Source of the DNA: Limisphaerales bacterium
GTDB lineage: Bacteria; Verrucomicrobiota; Verrucomicrobiia; Limisphaerales; JAJOIW01
Direction: 5' to 3'
NCBI GenBank assembly: GCA_965657355.1
Contig: CBFHOE010000006.1
Location: forward strand, 111,217 to 175,216
DNA: 64,000 nt
In this document: positions 10,575 through 22,054 of the stretch, piece by piece
How the letters are laid out: every line of letters starts with the position of its first letter
Position numbering within the stretch: the first letter of the stretch is position 1
Made by a program: the position numbers and the translations under genes
The notes under the pieces: generated by a model
Database searches by the model: none
The model's input: only the letters and a program-made list of their open reading frames with translations
Told to the model about the DNA's origin: nothing

Positions 10575-11813
10575 ATGGGATTTAAGGACCTGAACCTCAG
10601 CGAGGATGCAATAAAAGCGATTGATGATCTTGGATTTGAAGATCCGACCCCCATTCAAGCTCAGGGAATACCCATTATGCTTGAAGGCACAGACCTGATA
10701 GGCAGCGCACAAACAGGAACCGGGAAAACGGCCGCTTTTTTATTACCAATTATTACTAAATTGGAAAAACCTCAACACCGACCTCGTGCTCTGATTTTGG
10801 AACCTACCCGAGAATTAGCGCTTCAGGTCCAGGAAAGCTTCGAAAAGTTTGGAAAACACTCCCCGTTGAGAGGCATGGTTATCTACGGCGGGGTTGGGTA
10901 TGGTAAACAAAAGCAAATACTCAAAAGCGGTGTCGATATCGTCATTGGGACGCCTGGCAGGATTATTGATCATATACAGCAAAAATCATTAGACCTATCT
11001 CGCCTGCAATACCTCATCCTCGACGAAGCAGATAGAATGCTCGATATGGGGTTCATACCGAGTGTGAAAAAGATAATCGGAAATTGCCCGAAAAAAAGGC
11101 AAACAGCTTTATTTTCCGCCACTATTCCAAAGGAGATAGAACAATTATCTCACTTTGCCATGCACTCTCCCACAAACGTCGAAATTGACCCGGACCTTAA
11201 AACAGCCGATACGATCGATCACTGGCTTTACCCTGTTGCTGAATCGCAAAAATCAAATCTCACCCACTGCCTTCTTTCACAGGATAAAGTTGAAAGCGCT
11301 ATTATTTTTTGCAGAACCAGGATGCGGGCAGACAGATTGGCTAATTATTTAAAAAACCGTGGTTCAGATGTAGCTATTATTCATTCTGCTAAATCACAGA
11401 GAGAGCGCGAAAAATCCTTAAGTAGGTTCAGGAAAAAATCGGTGAAATTTTTAGTAGCGACTGATATTGCGGCACGAGGTCTTGATATTCCTGAAGTTTC
11501 GCATGTGGTTAATTACGATGTCCCACAAAACCCAGAAGACTATGTCCATAGGATCGGGCGAACCGGGCGAGCTTCCAAGTCTGGGGAGGCTTATACAATT
11601 TTTGTCACTGAAGACCTTCTCTTTATCCAAGCCATCGAAAAATATATCCATAAAAAAATCGATAGAAAACAATTGGAAGGTTTTGACTACAAATACACCG
11701 CCTTATTAGATAGAGGATCAGAGAAACAAATGATGCGAAGAAAGAAGAATGCGAGGGGAGTAAGAGTTTCTGGGGGGTACTACTTCGGCCCGGTGAGGAA
11801 GAGAAAGAGATAA
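10575..11813 (+). CDS. DEAD-box RNA helicase (RhlE-like)
   Basis: Q motif PTPIQ, AQTGTGKT, PTRELA, DEAD, SAT, HRIGRTGR; alternative TTG start at 10560. Confidence 0.95.
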   Translation: MGFKDLNLSEDAIKAIDDLGFEDPTPIQAQGIPIMLEGTDLIGSAQTGTGKTAAFLLPIITKLEKPQHRPRALILEPTRELALQVQESFEKFGKHSPLRGMVIYGGVGYGKQKQILKSGVDIVIGTPGRIIDHIQQKSLDLSRLQYLILDEADRMLDMGFIPSVKKIIGNCPKKRQTALFSATIPKEIEQLSHFAMHSPTNVEIDPDLKTADTIDHWLYPVAESQKSNLTHCLLSQDKVESAIIFCRTRMRADRLANYLKNRGSDVAIIHSAKSQREREKSLSRFRKKSVKFLVATDIAARGLDIPEVSHVVNYDVPQNPEDYVHRIGRTGRASKSGEAYTIFVTEDLLFIQAIEKYIHKKIDRKQLEGFDYKYTALLDRGSEKQMMRRKKNARGVRVSGGYYFGPVRKRKR

Positions 11814-11837
11814 TTTACCCAAGAATGACACAATGAT

Positions 11838-11867
11838 AAAAAAGCCGGCGTAAAACACCGGCTTTTT
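11838..11867. terminator. Bidirectional intrinsic terminator between the helicase gene and eno
   Basis: AAAAAAGCCGGCG-TAAAA-CACCGGCTTTTT between convergent genes. Confidence 0.85.
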
Positions 11868-11912
11868 AATTTTCATTCGTGAGGTAGAATTGAGCTTAAT
11901 GCAATTGGGTGA

Positions 11913-13248
<1,336 letters not shown>

Positions 13249-13305
13249 GAAAAGTGCCAGGAACAGGCACAATTTCTCATTTTAAAACACTTATTGTCTT
13301 CGATT

Positions 13306-14283
13306 TCATTCCCTAACCCTCCTCACCCTGTAGAATCTGCCTTCAACAGTTTCAGAAAAAGAAAGGGTTTGGTCTGAAATAAGCCCTTCGGACTTGATCT
13401 CTCCGCCTATGTTTTGCCAATGGATGAGGTCGGTTGATTCCTCTATTTGGTAAGTTCTCTCGAGCAAACTGGACCAGAACAAAGTGATCTTTCCCAAATC
13501 ATTATGATATTTCCATTTTGAAATGATAATTTTTCTTGGAACAAATGGGTGCAAATCCCAATTGATGCCCCTGAAATATTCTAACCGGTTTGGTATCGTA
13601 TTCCGGATCTGGCTAGAAATTCTGATAGGAATACGATCCTCTCTATATTCCAACGCCAAAAAAGGAAGAAAAGATTCTGCAACATCTTCCCTCGTAGGAT
13701 TATCACGAGCATATGTTGAAATAAAATTGGGATCCTGCTTTTGAGCAAGAACCCAGCCAGATGATTTGGCATGGTTTCGGTCCAAAGATGTATGGGAAGC
13801 CTCGTGAACAAAAGTCTCTTCTAAAATGAAAGATGAAATATATCTGTCTCCCTGGATGTCATGAATCAGGAGATTATTATTTCCACCTCCAAATGGTTTA
13901 TCCCCTTTATGTATCCAGATGGTTTTCACATCTTGTCTCAGGGAATTGGGCAACCGTCCAATGGAGGGTAAATATTTTTCAGCGACCCTGAGCGCGCTTG
14001 ACTCATTTTGAAATTCAGAATTAACCTGAACTTCTATCTCAAGACCATCATCAAACCGGGCTTGGAAAAGAAACGCCTTGTTTATAATCCATTCACTGAC
14101 GCGCCTATCGTACATTTGACGATTTTCCTGCCCTTTGAATTCCATTCCCAGATATGAAGTCAAATCCTGGTCGGTTATAACGTCTCCATCCAAAAAGATC
14201 GTTCCTGAAAATGGCGGGCCCGCATTCACGAAAGCTGCAAAGAATAAAAATACAAAAAATAGAATGTGAGCTCTCTCTGTCAT
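13306..14283 (-). CDS. Secreted HEXXH (zincin-like) protein with a C-terminal S-T-D-L-x-x-W...FYR domain
   Basis: Signal peptide, FVHEASH, REDVAESF, C-terminal YQIEESTDLIHW...RFYRVRR. Confidence 0.7.
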   Translation of the reverse strand: MTERAHILFFVFLFFAAFVNAGPPFSGTIFLDGDVITDQDLTSYLGMEFKGQENRQMYDRRVSEWIINKAFLFQARFDDGLEIEVQVNSEFQNESSALRVAEKYLPSIGRLPNSLRQDVKTIWIHKGDKPFGGGNNNLLIHDIQGDRYISSFILEETFVHEASHTSLDRNHAKSSGWVLAQKQDPNFISTYARDNPTREDVAESFLPFLALEYREDRIPIRISSQIRNTIPNRLEYFRGINWDLHPFVPRKIIISKWKYHNDLGKITLFWSSLLERTYQIEESTDLIHWQNIGGEIKSEGLISDQTLSFSETVEGRFYRVRRVRE

Positions 14284-14415
14284 GTTAGGGTCTGGAATAA
14301 AGCACTACCTCAAAAAATCTAGATAAAAATGCCACCGCTTTCACACATCACAGCGCCAAAAGTGTCACTTTTTTTGGGCTTGTTTGCCCGAATGAAGAAA
14401 TAGGAATGAAGCTGG

Positions 14416-14811
14416 TTATCCCAGCTGCGAGAAATTATTTACCCCCCCACGAGAGGAGCGGTAAGAAACGTGAATATTTTTAAGCTGCTTGGTTGAAGAG
14501 TCTAACTTTTCGAGTTCATTTTTGCCCTGAACGACTTTTGTATCTATGAGCTCAATGATCTCTCTTTGCTGATCTTGTAATTGCTGCATTAGCTCTCGCG
14601 GAGGATCGCAAAAATTTGTTTTCGCATAGCTTTGAATCCTGTCGCTCAAATGAGACTTTTGACGCTGACACAAATCAACTTGAACCCAATCATCGATGAG
14701 AATAGCTTGCTTTTCCTGAACAGACCACTGCATCCAGGAATTGAGATATTGGCTAAATCCTTGATCGGTTGGATCTACGGTATTCTCTTTAGCTGGTATG
14801 TTGAGCTTCAT
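14416..14811 (-). CDS. Helical flagellar chaperone-like protein (FliT/FlgN-like)
   Basis: Overlaps the end of fliS; coiled-coil pattern DW-x-x-V...Q-x-x-K-x-x-L; call rests on position and pattern. Confidence 0.5.
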   Translation of the reverse strand: MKLNIPAKENTVDPTDQGFSQYLNSWMQWSVQEKQAILIDDWVQVDLCQRQKSHLSDRIQSYAKTNFCDPPRELMQQLQDQQREIIELIDTKVVQGKNELEKLDSSTKQLKNIHVSYRSSRGGVNNFSQLG

Positions 14812-15247
14812 TTTGCCAAGCGGTGAACTCGCTTTCTGACATTGGCGACCCACCTCGTTCTAGCATGGTTGACCATGCTGATCTGAGACCAGAGAAATGG
14901 TTGATGACTTCCTTCAACCCATCTGGCTTTTTCTTCATATTGATTTCGTTGAGCCTTCTGTCGCAGTATTCGTAGAGCCTAAGAAAATTCTGTGAAACAT
15001 CCCCACCCTGCTTGTGATCTAAACAATTTGAGAGTTCTAATATGATGTTCCTCGCCTTGAGTATGTTGGCGTTGATTTGGACGTTTTTCTCCGAAGGGTC
15101 TTCAATATTAAAACCACGTTCCGCCTGATGGCAGAAACGAATGACACCATCAAAAAGCATGAGAACTAATTGCCCCGGTGTTGCTGTTGTCAATGAAGTC
15201 GTTTTATATGCCTGAAAAGGATTTTTATTAAGTGCTATGGTTGACAT
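14789..15247 (-). CDS. fliS: Flagellar export chaperone FliS
   Basis: AYKTTSLTTATPGQLVLMLFDG, LRLYEY, LRSAW. Confidence 0.95.
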   Translation of the reverse strand: MSTIALNKNPFQAYKTTSLTTATPGQLVLMLFDGVIRFCHQAERGFNIEDPSEKNVQINANILKARNIILELSNCLDHKQGGDVSQNFLRLYEYCDRRLNEINMKKKPDGLKEVINHFSGLRSAWSTMLERGGSPMSESEFTAWQNEAQHTS

Positions 15248-15270
15248 CAGTTTATCGTTTTATTGTAAGC

Positions 15271-15531
15271 CTAAAGATTCGAAATCATTAATCGGCTAAT
15301 CTTAGCAATCACGTCATCAGATGGGAACGAAGGATCAGCGATAAGCGACTTTGCTTCCTCTACTTTATTCCCCCGGATATCTGGTGCGCTACTAATCATT
15401 TCCTGTATTTCTTCGCTTTTCCTCAACTCATTGGAGCGAAAAGCTGAATTTGTATTGACCCGCTTCCCCGATGCTATAAAACCGCTTGCCGAAATATCTG
15501 ATACGCTGGTGTATGTTGGACTTATGTTCAT
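15271..15531 (-). CDS. flgM: Probable anti-sigma28 factor FlgM
   Basis: 86 aa with a PDIRGNKVEEAKSLIAD...IA C-terminal motif; lies in the flagellar late cluster. Confidence 0.65.
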   Translation of the reverse strand: MNISPTYTSVSDISASGFIASGKRVNTNSAFRSNELRKSEEIQEMISSAPDIRGNKVEEAKSLIADPSFPSDDVIAKISRLMISNL

Positions 15532-15633
15532 TTTAATTCCTCTCCTAATTAAGAATTTCTTTACCTATCTAATCAGCGACTTAGTAGAAAACTGCTTAAT
15601 CAGGAAAAACCTTAATTGCTTTTGAGATTTTCC

Positions 15634-16338
15634 TTATCTCTGCGGCATGGTTAGAAAAGAAATCCTCAAAGATTCTCGGACTAGCAAGTTGGTCGGAAAA
15701 TACGGTCTTCCGGTTACCGTGGGGTCACCCTCGGGTAAACCTAAAATTTTATTTAAATTGATATGCTTTCTGGAATCTTTTCCTTTTCGGTCAGAAAATG
15801 CTAGGTGAGTGCCATCCACCTCAAATAAATGGTCCATCTGCCAAATGGTCTCACCATCACTCGCGCGGACAAGGTGAAAACGCAATCCAATCGAAGGTTG
15901 CTTGTAAGGCTGATATTCGGTCACTTCGGTAAACAATACACCCTCACAGCCCGATTCCTGGCCAATGGTTTGTATGAATCCTCTTGGTAACACTTGATCC
16001 AAACTCCAATAAAGTCGCCCGCTCCATAGTTCGAGTCTCTCTTTAGAAACAATGGTTCCCCTAAAAACCCCTTGATTTTGGGAAATTTCTGGAAGGTATG
16101 CCTGAACTTTATTTCGTGCATCCTCAAGGATTCCCGAATTCACTGCCCCTGCAATCGTTACCGGTAATACCGCCACTGTTTGGATATCAAATGGAAATCT
16201 AGAAGACTGCCTGAAAGCCTGAATAGGTCGTTCCTGGCTTATCACCGGTGGCTTCTCTTCTACCGTCGAACAACCACAAAATGAAACTAAAAAAACCATA
16301 AATAAAAAATGGATTGTATGATAACTTAATAATTTCAT
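15634..16338 (-). CDS. Hypothetical lipoprotein
   Basis: Hydrophobic signal plus lipobox FCGC; VAVLP...W-x-x-D pattern. Confidence 0.7.
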   Translation of the reverse strand: MKLLSYHTIHFLFMVFLVSFCGCSTVEEKPPVISQERPIQAFRQSSRFPFDIQTVAVLPVTIAGAVNSGILEDARNKVQAYLPEISQNQGVFRGTIVSKERLELWSGRLYWSLDQVLPRGFIQTIGQESGCEGVLFTEVTEYQPYKQPSIGLRFHLVRASDGETIWQMDHLFEVDGTHLAFSDRKGKDSRKHINLNKILGLPEGDPTVTGRPYFPTNLLVRESLRISFLTMPQR

Positions 16339-16368
16339 TTTAATAAATAAATTTAGTAAATATGGTTA

Positions 16369-18069
16369 CTACACTAAGTTTCCTGCGAGAAATTGTAATT
16401 GTTGATTGGCACGCGCCTGTGCGGATTCCATGGCAATAAACCGCGAAATAAGGGTTTCTCTGTTTGCCTGGACGAGTCTTTCCATACCTTCGATCTGGGA
16501 GTTGATGTTTGAGGCCTGTTTGCCAAGATTTTCTTGTTTGACGATAATGGAGCCTTCGTCACCGACTGTGGCTTCTAGGTATTGATCGAATTTGCTAGCT
16601 AATCCGTTGTTCTCGTCTGTGAAGAATTCTTTGAGTCCGGTTAAGTTATTTCGAATAGCATCATCGAGAAGAGAACTATCGGTAATGGCAATTTTGTTAT
16701 CATCGCCGTTGGAGTTTATTCCGAATTTTGAAAGGAAATCAAAGGTGGAATCGATACCCGTTATTTGGCCATTGGCGAGATTCCGCAACGAGGAAGCGAC
16801 TTGGTTTGCTTCTAATTCACCGGAGAGCGCAGCAGCGTCCACTGATCCGTCTTCGCCGGTAATGACTTCAGTTTGAGAGGAAAGAAGACTCTGGATACTG
16901 TTGTAATCATCGATAAAAGCATTAATGGCTGATTTAATTTTTGCTTCATCGGTTTCGATATTGACCGAAACTTGTCCTTCTTTTTTTGCACTTATAGAAA
17001 TCCCATTAAGGCCGGAAGAGTCTTGATCTATGGTATTGGTAAAGCTTTGTAATTCTCCGCCTCCGTTTATGGTGTACTTGAGGTTTTGCCCGCGCTCAAG
17101 CGTACTTGATGAAATGCCGGTTGCTGAGAGGAAATTTCCTGTGACATCTGACATTGTGATCCCCAAGTCACCCGTTTGCTTATTAGTAAGCATGAATTTT
17201 CCTGAAACCGAGTCGAAAGAGGCCGAGACTCCAGCTGAAGAGTCATTAATCCTATTGAGGATGTCGGTTATGGCATCTGTCGAGGCATCAAATGTAATAT
17301 CCACCCCATTAATTGTAAATTTACCTGCGCCTGAACCTCCGTCGGAGATGGGTGTCGCCAAATTGGATTGGTCTACTGATTTATTGAGAACGATGCTGCC
17401 AACACGACTTGAGCTACTTACTGAGCCAGTGCCTGTGTTGTAAAGCCTTGCAAGCTGCAGAAAATTGCTGGTGTCGTTTGCGCTTCCCAAGATGATTTCA
17501 TTCGAACTGTTTAATTCAATTTTATCCGTCGATGAATTATAAGTAGCGGTAACATCTCCACCTGTTTGAGTATTTATCCTGTCAAAGATATCTTGAAGAG
17601 TATCACTCGAGGAGACATCGATACGTTGTCCATTTACCGAAAAAACCCCATCGGTGACTGGGCGATAAAAAGCAGCGTCAGACAATACTAAACCGGATAC
17701 GTCGTTTGAACTATTTAGGCCGGAGGCTACATTGCTGGCTCCTGTCCAAACAGATGAGGTGGCAAGATTTAATATATCTATGTTATAGGAGCCCTTTGGA
17801 GCCCCGAATTCTGCGGTTACGGTGGCAATTTCATCGTTCGAAGAAGTGCCGAGTCGACTATCAAATAAATCAGCGCTCGATAAATCTGTGATTTTGTTTT
17901 TTAAGGTCCCCAACCCTGTCTCAATGGAATTGTAGGCATTTTTTCTGCTATTAAGTCGGTCCTGTTCAACGAGAAGGCGCCTCTGCGGGGCACGCTCAAT
18001 ATCGGCTAATTGATTCACGAGCGAACGCCAATCAAACCCCGAAGCTAAACCTGATAATCCAAGATCCAT
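16369..18069 (-). CDS. fliD: Flagellar filament cap protein FliD
   Basis: GLASGFDWRSLVNQL N-terminus; AFIDDYN; RFIAME C-terminus. Confidence 0.95.
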   Translation of the reverse strand: MDLGLSGLASGFDWRSLVNQLADIERAPQRRLLVEQDRLNSRKNAYNSIETGLGTLKNKITDLSSADLFDSRLGTSSNDEIATVTAEFGAPKGSYNIDILNLATSSVWTGASNVASGLNSSNDVSGLVLSDAAFYRPVTDGVFSVNGQRIDVSSSDTLQDIFDRINTQTGGDVTATYNSSTDKIELNSSNEIILGSANDTSNFLQLARLYNTGTGSVSSSSRVGSIVLNKSVDQSNLATPISDGGSGAGKFTINGVDITFDASTDAITDILNRINDSSAGVSASFDSVSGKFMLTNKQTGDLGITMSDVTGNFLSATGISSSTLERGQNLKYTINGGGELQSFTNTIDQDSSGLNGISISAKKEGQVSVNIETDEAKIKSAINAFIDDYNSIQSLLSSQTEVITGEDGSVDAAALSGELEANQVASSLRNLANGQITGIDSTFDFLSKFGINSNGDDNKIAITDSSLLDDAIRNNLTGLKEFFTDENNGLASKFDQYLEATVGDEGSIIVKQENLGKQASNINSQIEGMERLVQANRETLISRFIAMESAQARANQQLQFLAGNLV

Positions 18070-18213
18070 AAAACAACTGTTCTAAGTTTTATTACCAATT
18101 GCCTGCCTGGTGAATTCACCTAAAACGACAATGCATCAACCCGTACTGCGACAGTTTTGAGAATTAACTTTAGTCAGATGTCGAAAAATCAAATATTTCC
18201 TTCTTCAACGATT

Positions 18214-19382
18214 TTATAAGTCGATCTCATTCAGCCACTTAGAGAACTCATCGGACAATAGGAGAATTTCAGCCATTTTGTTGTAGCCACCGGAAAGTGG
18301 ATGACTAGAATCTGCGTACAATTCGGAAGGCAAAGTGGGTAGAACAGCGTGGCTTATGCCCTGCTCTTTGAGCCAAATCCTAGCCAAGCCCTCATAATGG
18401 CTACATTTATTTTGGCTCCGCTCATCCATCATGTGTTTATTCAGTGGGCCAATAATCACAAAAACCGATAAATTCTTTTCTTGAAGAAGTTTTGTAAGTT
18501 TAAGGAGTGCCGGCCATTGAATAGAGGAGGTAGGGTCGATCCAGCGATCTTGCTGAACTTGCATCCCTTTTCGATTCCAGGATTTATGTCTTGAGCTATG
18601 CTTGCCGCGACTCGGATCATTTTCATGTTCCGAAAGATTTTGAAAATCGAACTGGCCGGAAATATTTTTACTGGAATTAGGATAGTTAGGTGGCCAAGTA
18701 GGCCCCATATCCATTGTCCAATTGGGAATACTTTTATTATCAACGTAAGAAATTTGAATGTGTTTTGCTAAACGATTCGAAGGGATATGTAGGGATACCG
18801 TAATCTTCAACCTTTTTCAAAGGGTGCTTTATATGGCGGGATGTCGTGAAAGAATTGAGGTAGTAGATTCGAGTGATTCAAAGTCCTCTCTTTGGGATCT
18901 TGGAGGTCGGCTTCTGGATTACTGATCCACAAAAAGTTGTAGTGCAGGATAACTGGCAGCCTTTTATTATGAGGATAGTAGTTCTCGATAAGTTCTTTCA
19001 ATACCACGGGATACAAACCATTAATCCCCGCATTGAGAAATTTATATGTGTTCTGAACATTTGATCTTTCGTTTAAATAAGCAGTTAATGTGGAATCACG
19101 GTCAACGTATTCTCCCCAAACTACCGAATCCCCAATAATAGTTACTGGAATTTTCGAGGACTGGGATATGGAATCCTCGAGCATTTTTTCATAATGCCAG
19201 TAATCCTTGGACAGATGATACGGTTGTCGACTATTTTCAATTGAGGGTCTTTTCTCAAAATTATTCCATAATATTGGGAGAAGTATATTTGCCAGAACAA
19301 CAACCACAATGATCCACAGCCATACTCGAGGTGGCACTTTTTCTTCGGATCTAATCTTTGGGCTCGTGTCGTTTGTCTTCAT
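18214..19382 (-). pseudogene. Frameshifted membrane-anchored SGNH-like protein (AlgJ/DltD-like partner of an MBOAT)
   Basis: GDS (IIGDSVVWG) in the 5' ORF and DSSH in the 3' ORF; adding one base to the T5 run at 18813-18817 fuses them (PFEKRLKITV). Confidence 0.7.
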
Positions 19383-19392
19383 AACTCACCAA

Positions 19393-19692
19393 TTAGAATT
19401 GAAAATATATAAAGGCACCGCCAGAAGCAGAACCAAACATGAGATAGATTATCATCATGGCGCCAAGGACAACTCTAGCCGGATCTCCTTCCATCCATTT
19501 TTTAATGCCAGAATTCAGTCGTATGAGTTGATAAACCCACACAGCAAAAACAAGAAGCAGTAAAAAATATGGGGCATGCATTATACCCGGATCAAAGCTC
19601 ATCATCCTTTGAAAAAGATAAATAGCGTGGGAAACATTATCTGCTCGAAAAAATGTCCAGCCTATCCAAACAAAAATAAAGACGATTGGCAT
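19393..19692 (-). pseudogene. C-terminal fragment of an MBOAT family O-acyltransferase (AlgI/DltB-like)
   Basis: FVWIGWTFFRA and terminal FIYFQF are AlgI-type C-terminal motifs; the frame has a stop near 19822 and no upstream MBOAT sequence. Confidence 0.8.
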
Positions 19693-19886
19693 TGATATGA
19701 ATATGATGTCAACTATGAAATGAAGAAACTGGCAGCGTTGATCAATAATCGTCCTGCCAATGATATTGTTTATGTGTTGAACACCGCATTTCGACGAGGG
19801 CTTGATGTCACCGAATAGCTCTCAAGATTGTTCCATATATTGAAAATTTTTGACCACCTTAATTACTAATCATAGTTGATATCAAG

Positions 19887-19908
19887 CATGATAACGTCCT
19901 TTATCATG
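19887..19908. other. Candidate tyrosine-recombinase crossover site
   Basis: CATGATAA-CGTCCT-TTATCATG: perfect 8-bp inverted arms with a 6-bp asymmetric spacer, 75 bp upstream of the recombinase. Confidence 0.65.
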
Positions 19909-19982
19909 TGTAATAATTACTGGCTATTTGGACAGTATCCTGATTTAATGAATCCAGAACTTAAGAATACGGGTCTTTTTAT

Positions 19983-21041
19983 ATGAGTGGTCAGGACGAA
20001 CTTTTTTCTGAGTTTCCCAAGGAGGAAACTCCCAACAAACACAAAGGACGGGAAATCCTCCCAGTTAAGGTGAAGCAGGTTGAGTTTTCGCTCATTCATG
20101 AGCCAGGTTATGATCTGGTTCCTTCCTGTATTGCTTCTGCCGGCGATAAGGCCTCTTACCGGTTCCTGGAATTCTTCGCTGCTCAGATTCGGAATAAAAA
20201 CACACGACGAGCCTACTACCGAAACGCTCTTCATTTCTTTTCCTGGAGTGATCATCGGAATCTAGAAATTGATCAAATCACCTCAATGCATGTGGCTGCA
20301 TATGTAGAGGAAATATCACAGGACCTTTCAAGCCCCTCAGTGAAACAGAACCTAGCTACTATACGAATGCTGTTTGATTACCTCGTTATAGGTCAGATCG
20401 TCCCTATTAATCCTGCCGCAGCTGTTCGAGGTCCTAAACATGTTGTTAAGAAAGGTAAGACTCCTGTCTTATCTGAAGAGGAAGCCAAGGATCTTTTGGC
20501 GTCTATTGATTGTTCTACTGTGGTTGGATTAAGGGACAGAGCGTTAATTGGTATCATGCTCTACACCTTCGGACGAGTTGAAGCGGTCTTGGGAATGGAT
20601 TGTGATCAGTATTATATCGAAGGACGACGAGGATGGGTCAGACTACATGAGAAAGGGAATAAAATCGTTACCATGCCTTGTCATCACAAACTGGAAGAGT
20701 TCTTGGATGCTTATTTGGAAAAGGCTGGCTTTTCAGAAAGGCCAAAGAAGGTGCCATTATTTCAGACCGTTCGTGGACGATCCTGTAAGTTCACCGGGAA
20801 CCGGATGAAACAATGTGATGCCTGGAGGATGATTCGGAGACGAGCAAAAACTGTTGGGATAATGAGCCTGATTGGGAATCATTCTTTCAGAGCGACTGGT
20901 ATTACAAATTACCTACAGAACGGAGGGAAGATTGAAACTGCGCAGCAAATGGCTGGACATGAATCTTCCCGAACGACTGGGCTTTATGATCGAAGAAGTG
21001 ATGAGTTGAGTCTGGATGAGATTGAAAGAATTTCAATCTAG
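19983..21041 (+). CDS. Tyrosine-type site-specific recombinase/integrase
   Basis: N-terminal SAM-like domain (IRNKNTRRAY); catalytic R (FGRV), K (HEKG), HSFR, H (AGHES) and Y (GLYDRR) all intact. Confidence 0.95.
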   Translation: MSGQDELFSEFPKEETPNKHKGREILPVKVKQVEFSLIHEPGYDLVPSCIASAGDKASYRFLEFFAAQIRNKNTRRAYYRNALHFFSWSDHRNLEIDQITSMHVAAYVEEISQDLSSPSVKQNLATIRMLFDYLVIGQIVPINPAAAVRGPKHVVKKGKTPVLSEEEAKDLLASIDCSTVVGLRDRALIGIMLYTFGRVEAVLGMDCDQYYIEGRRGWVRLHEKGNKIVTMPCHHKLEEFLDAYLEKAGFSERPKKVPLFQTVRGRSCKFTGNRMKQCDAWRMIRRRAKTVGIMSLIGNHSFRATGITNYLQNGGKIETAQQMAGHESSRTTGLYDRRSDELSLDEIERISI

Positions 21042-21059
21042 CGGTTAGCTCAGAGCACT

Positions 21060-21632
21060 TTATAATTCACAGTTAGGATCGTCATCTTCAGGAGGGTTTT
21101 TATACCTTTGATAATAACTAGAGCTTATAATTATTGGAATTAGCTCAATAAATTTACTTTTGTGTTCAAGAACAAATTTAATTAGTTTACGATCGATTGT
21201 TTCAGTATTCTCATAAAAATCGTCCTCTTCTTTTTCTAACATCTCCTTTAGAGATTTGTTTTTTTGTTCCGAAATATTTTTATATGGATCCTTCCGTTCT
21301 TCAGAACTGGTGTTATCCAATAATAGCTTAACTGGCCCGACGAATTCAGTGATACCCAAATAATCCAAATGTGTAAGTAACTGATCAAGGTATGGGGTAT
21401 AGATCAAAGCTTCTAAACCAGTAGAATGCGTAAATTGTATGGTTCGTGATACAGCAGCAAAAAGAAAAAGATCCTTGTCAACACTTACCCCTATTTCTTC
21501 TTCTAATTCCGTAATATCTAAGCAAGAGCACAGATGGTCTGCTTCATACATATCTAAGATTGCGGATGATACAACATCGATGAAACGGTCTGAAGGCATC
21601 TCATCAATGAGATGTTCTAAATTTTCACTCAT
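21060..21632 (-). CDS. Acidic DMP19/DUF4375-like protein (possible immunity protein)
   Basis: Highly acidic; C-terminal EDDFYENTETIDRKLIKFVLEHKSKF resembles DUF4375. Confidence 0.5.
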   Translation of the reverse strand: MSENLEHLIDEMPSDRFIDVVSSAILDMYEADHLCSCLDITELEEEIGVSVDKDLFLFAAVSRTIQFTHSTGLEALIYTPYLDQLLTHLDYLGITEFVGPVKLLLDNTSSEERKDPYKNISEQKNKSLKEMLEKEEDDFYENTETIDRKLIKFVLEHKSKFIELIPIIISSSYYQRYKNPPEDDDPNCEL

Positions 21633-21640
21633 ATTAATCC

Positions 21641-22054
21641 TTATCTAATAGGAAGCTTACCCCATTGAATAACCGATACGATGGGGCTTCCTCCTGAAAT
21701 ATTATTGATAGACATAATTAAATCCAATTCGTTGCTATCAGTGGGGTTCGCAATCCATGCTTCGGCATTTGCTCTGAATTCATCCCCAATAGCATTGCCG
21801 TCGACTGCCATCGCCACAGCTCCTATAATTGCCATTTTTGATCCTGAGTTTTTACACCATTTTTTAAAAGCTTGTTTGAATTTTTTTCTATCTTCATAAG
21901 ACCACACTTTATTACTGCGTTCTGTCTGGTAGTCCATTTCTTGTTTCACAGCACAATTGTATTTCCCAATTATCGTTCTCATATCGCTCAAAGACCAACC
22001 CTCGGGATAGAGCTTTTGTTTGTTCCTCTGCGACCAGTATATGGTTATATCCAC
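21641..22054 (-). CDS. Hypothetical protein, possibly an orphan toxin C-terminal fragment
   Basis: 137-aa ORF ending 8 bp before the acidic gene; 5' end overlaps an unrelated out-of-frame ORF. Confidence 0.35.
   Translation of the reverse strand: MDITIYWSQRNKQKLYPEGWSLSDMRTIIGKYNCAVKQEMDYQTERSNKVWSYEDRKKFKQAFKKWCKNSGSKMAIIGAVAMAVDGNAIGDEFRANAEAWIANPTDSNELDLIMSINNISGGSPIVSVIQWGKLPIR

Noticed and set aside
19696..19818. Short + frame EYDVNYEMKKLAALINNRPANDIVYVLNTAFRRG, resembling an AAA lid fragment
   Set aside because: Too short and lacking a diagnostic motif
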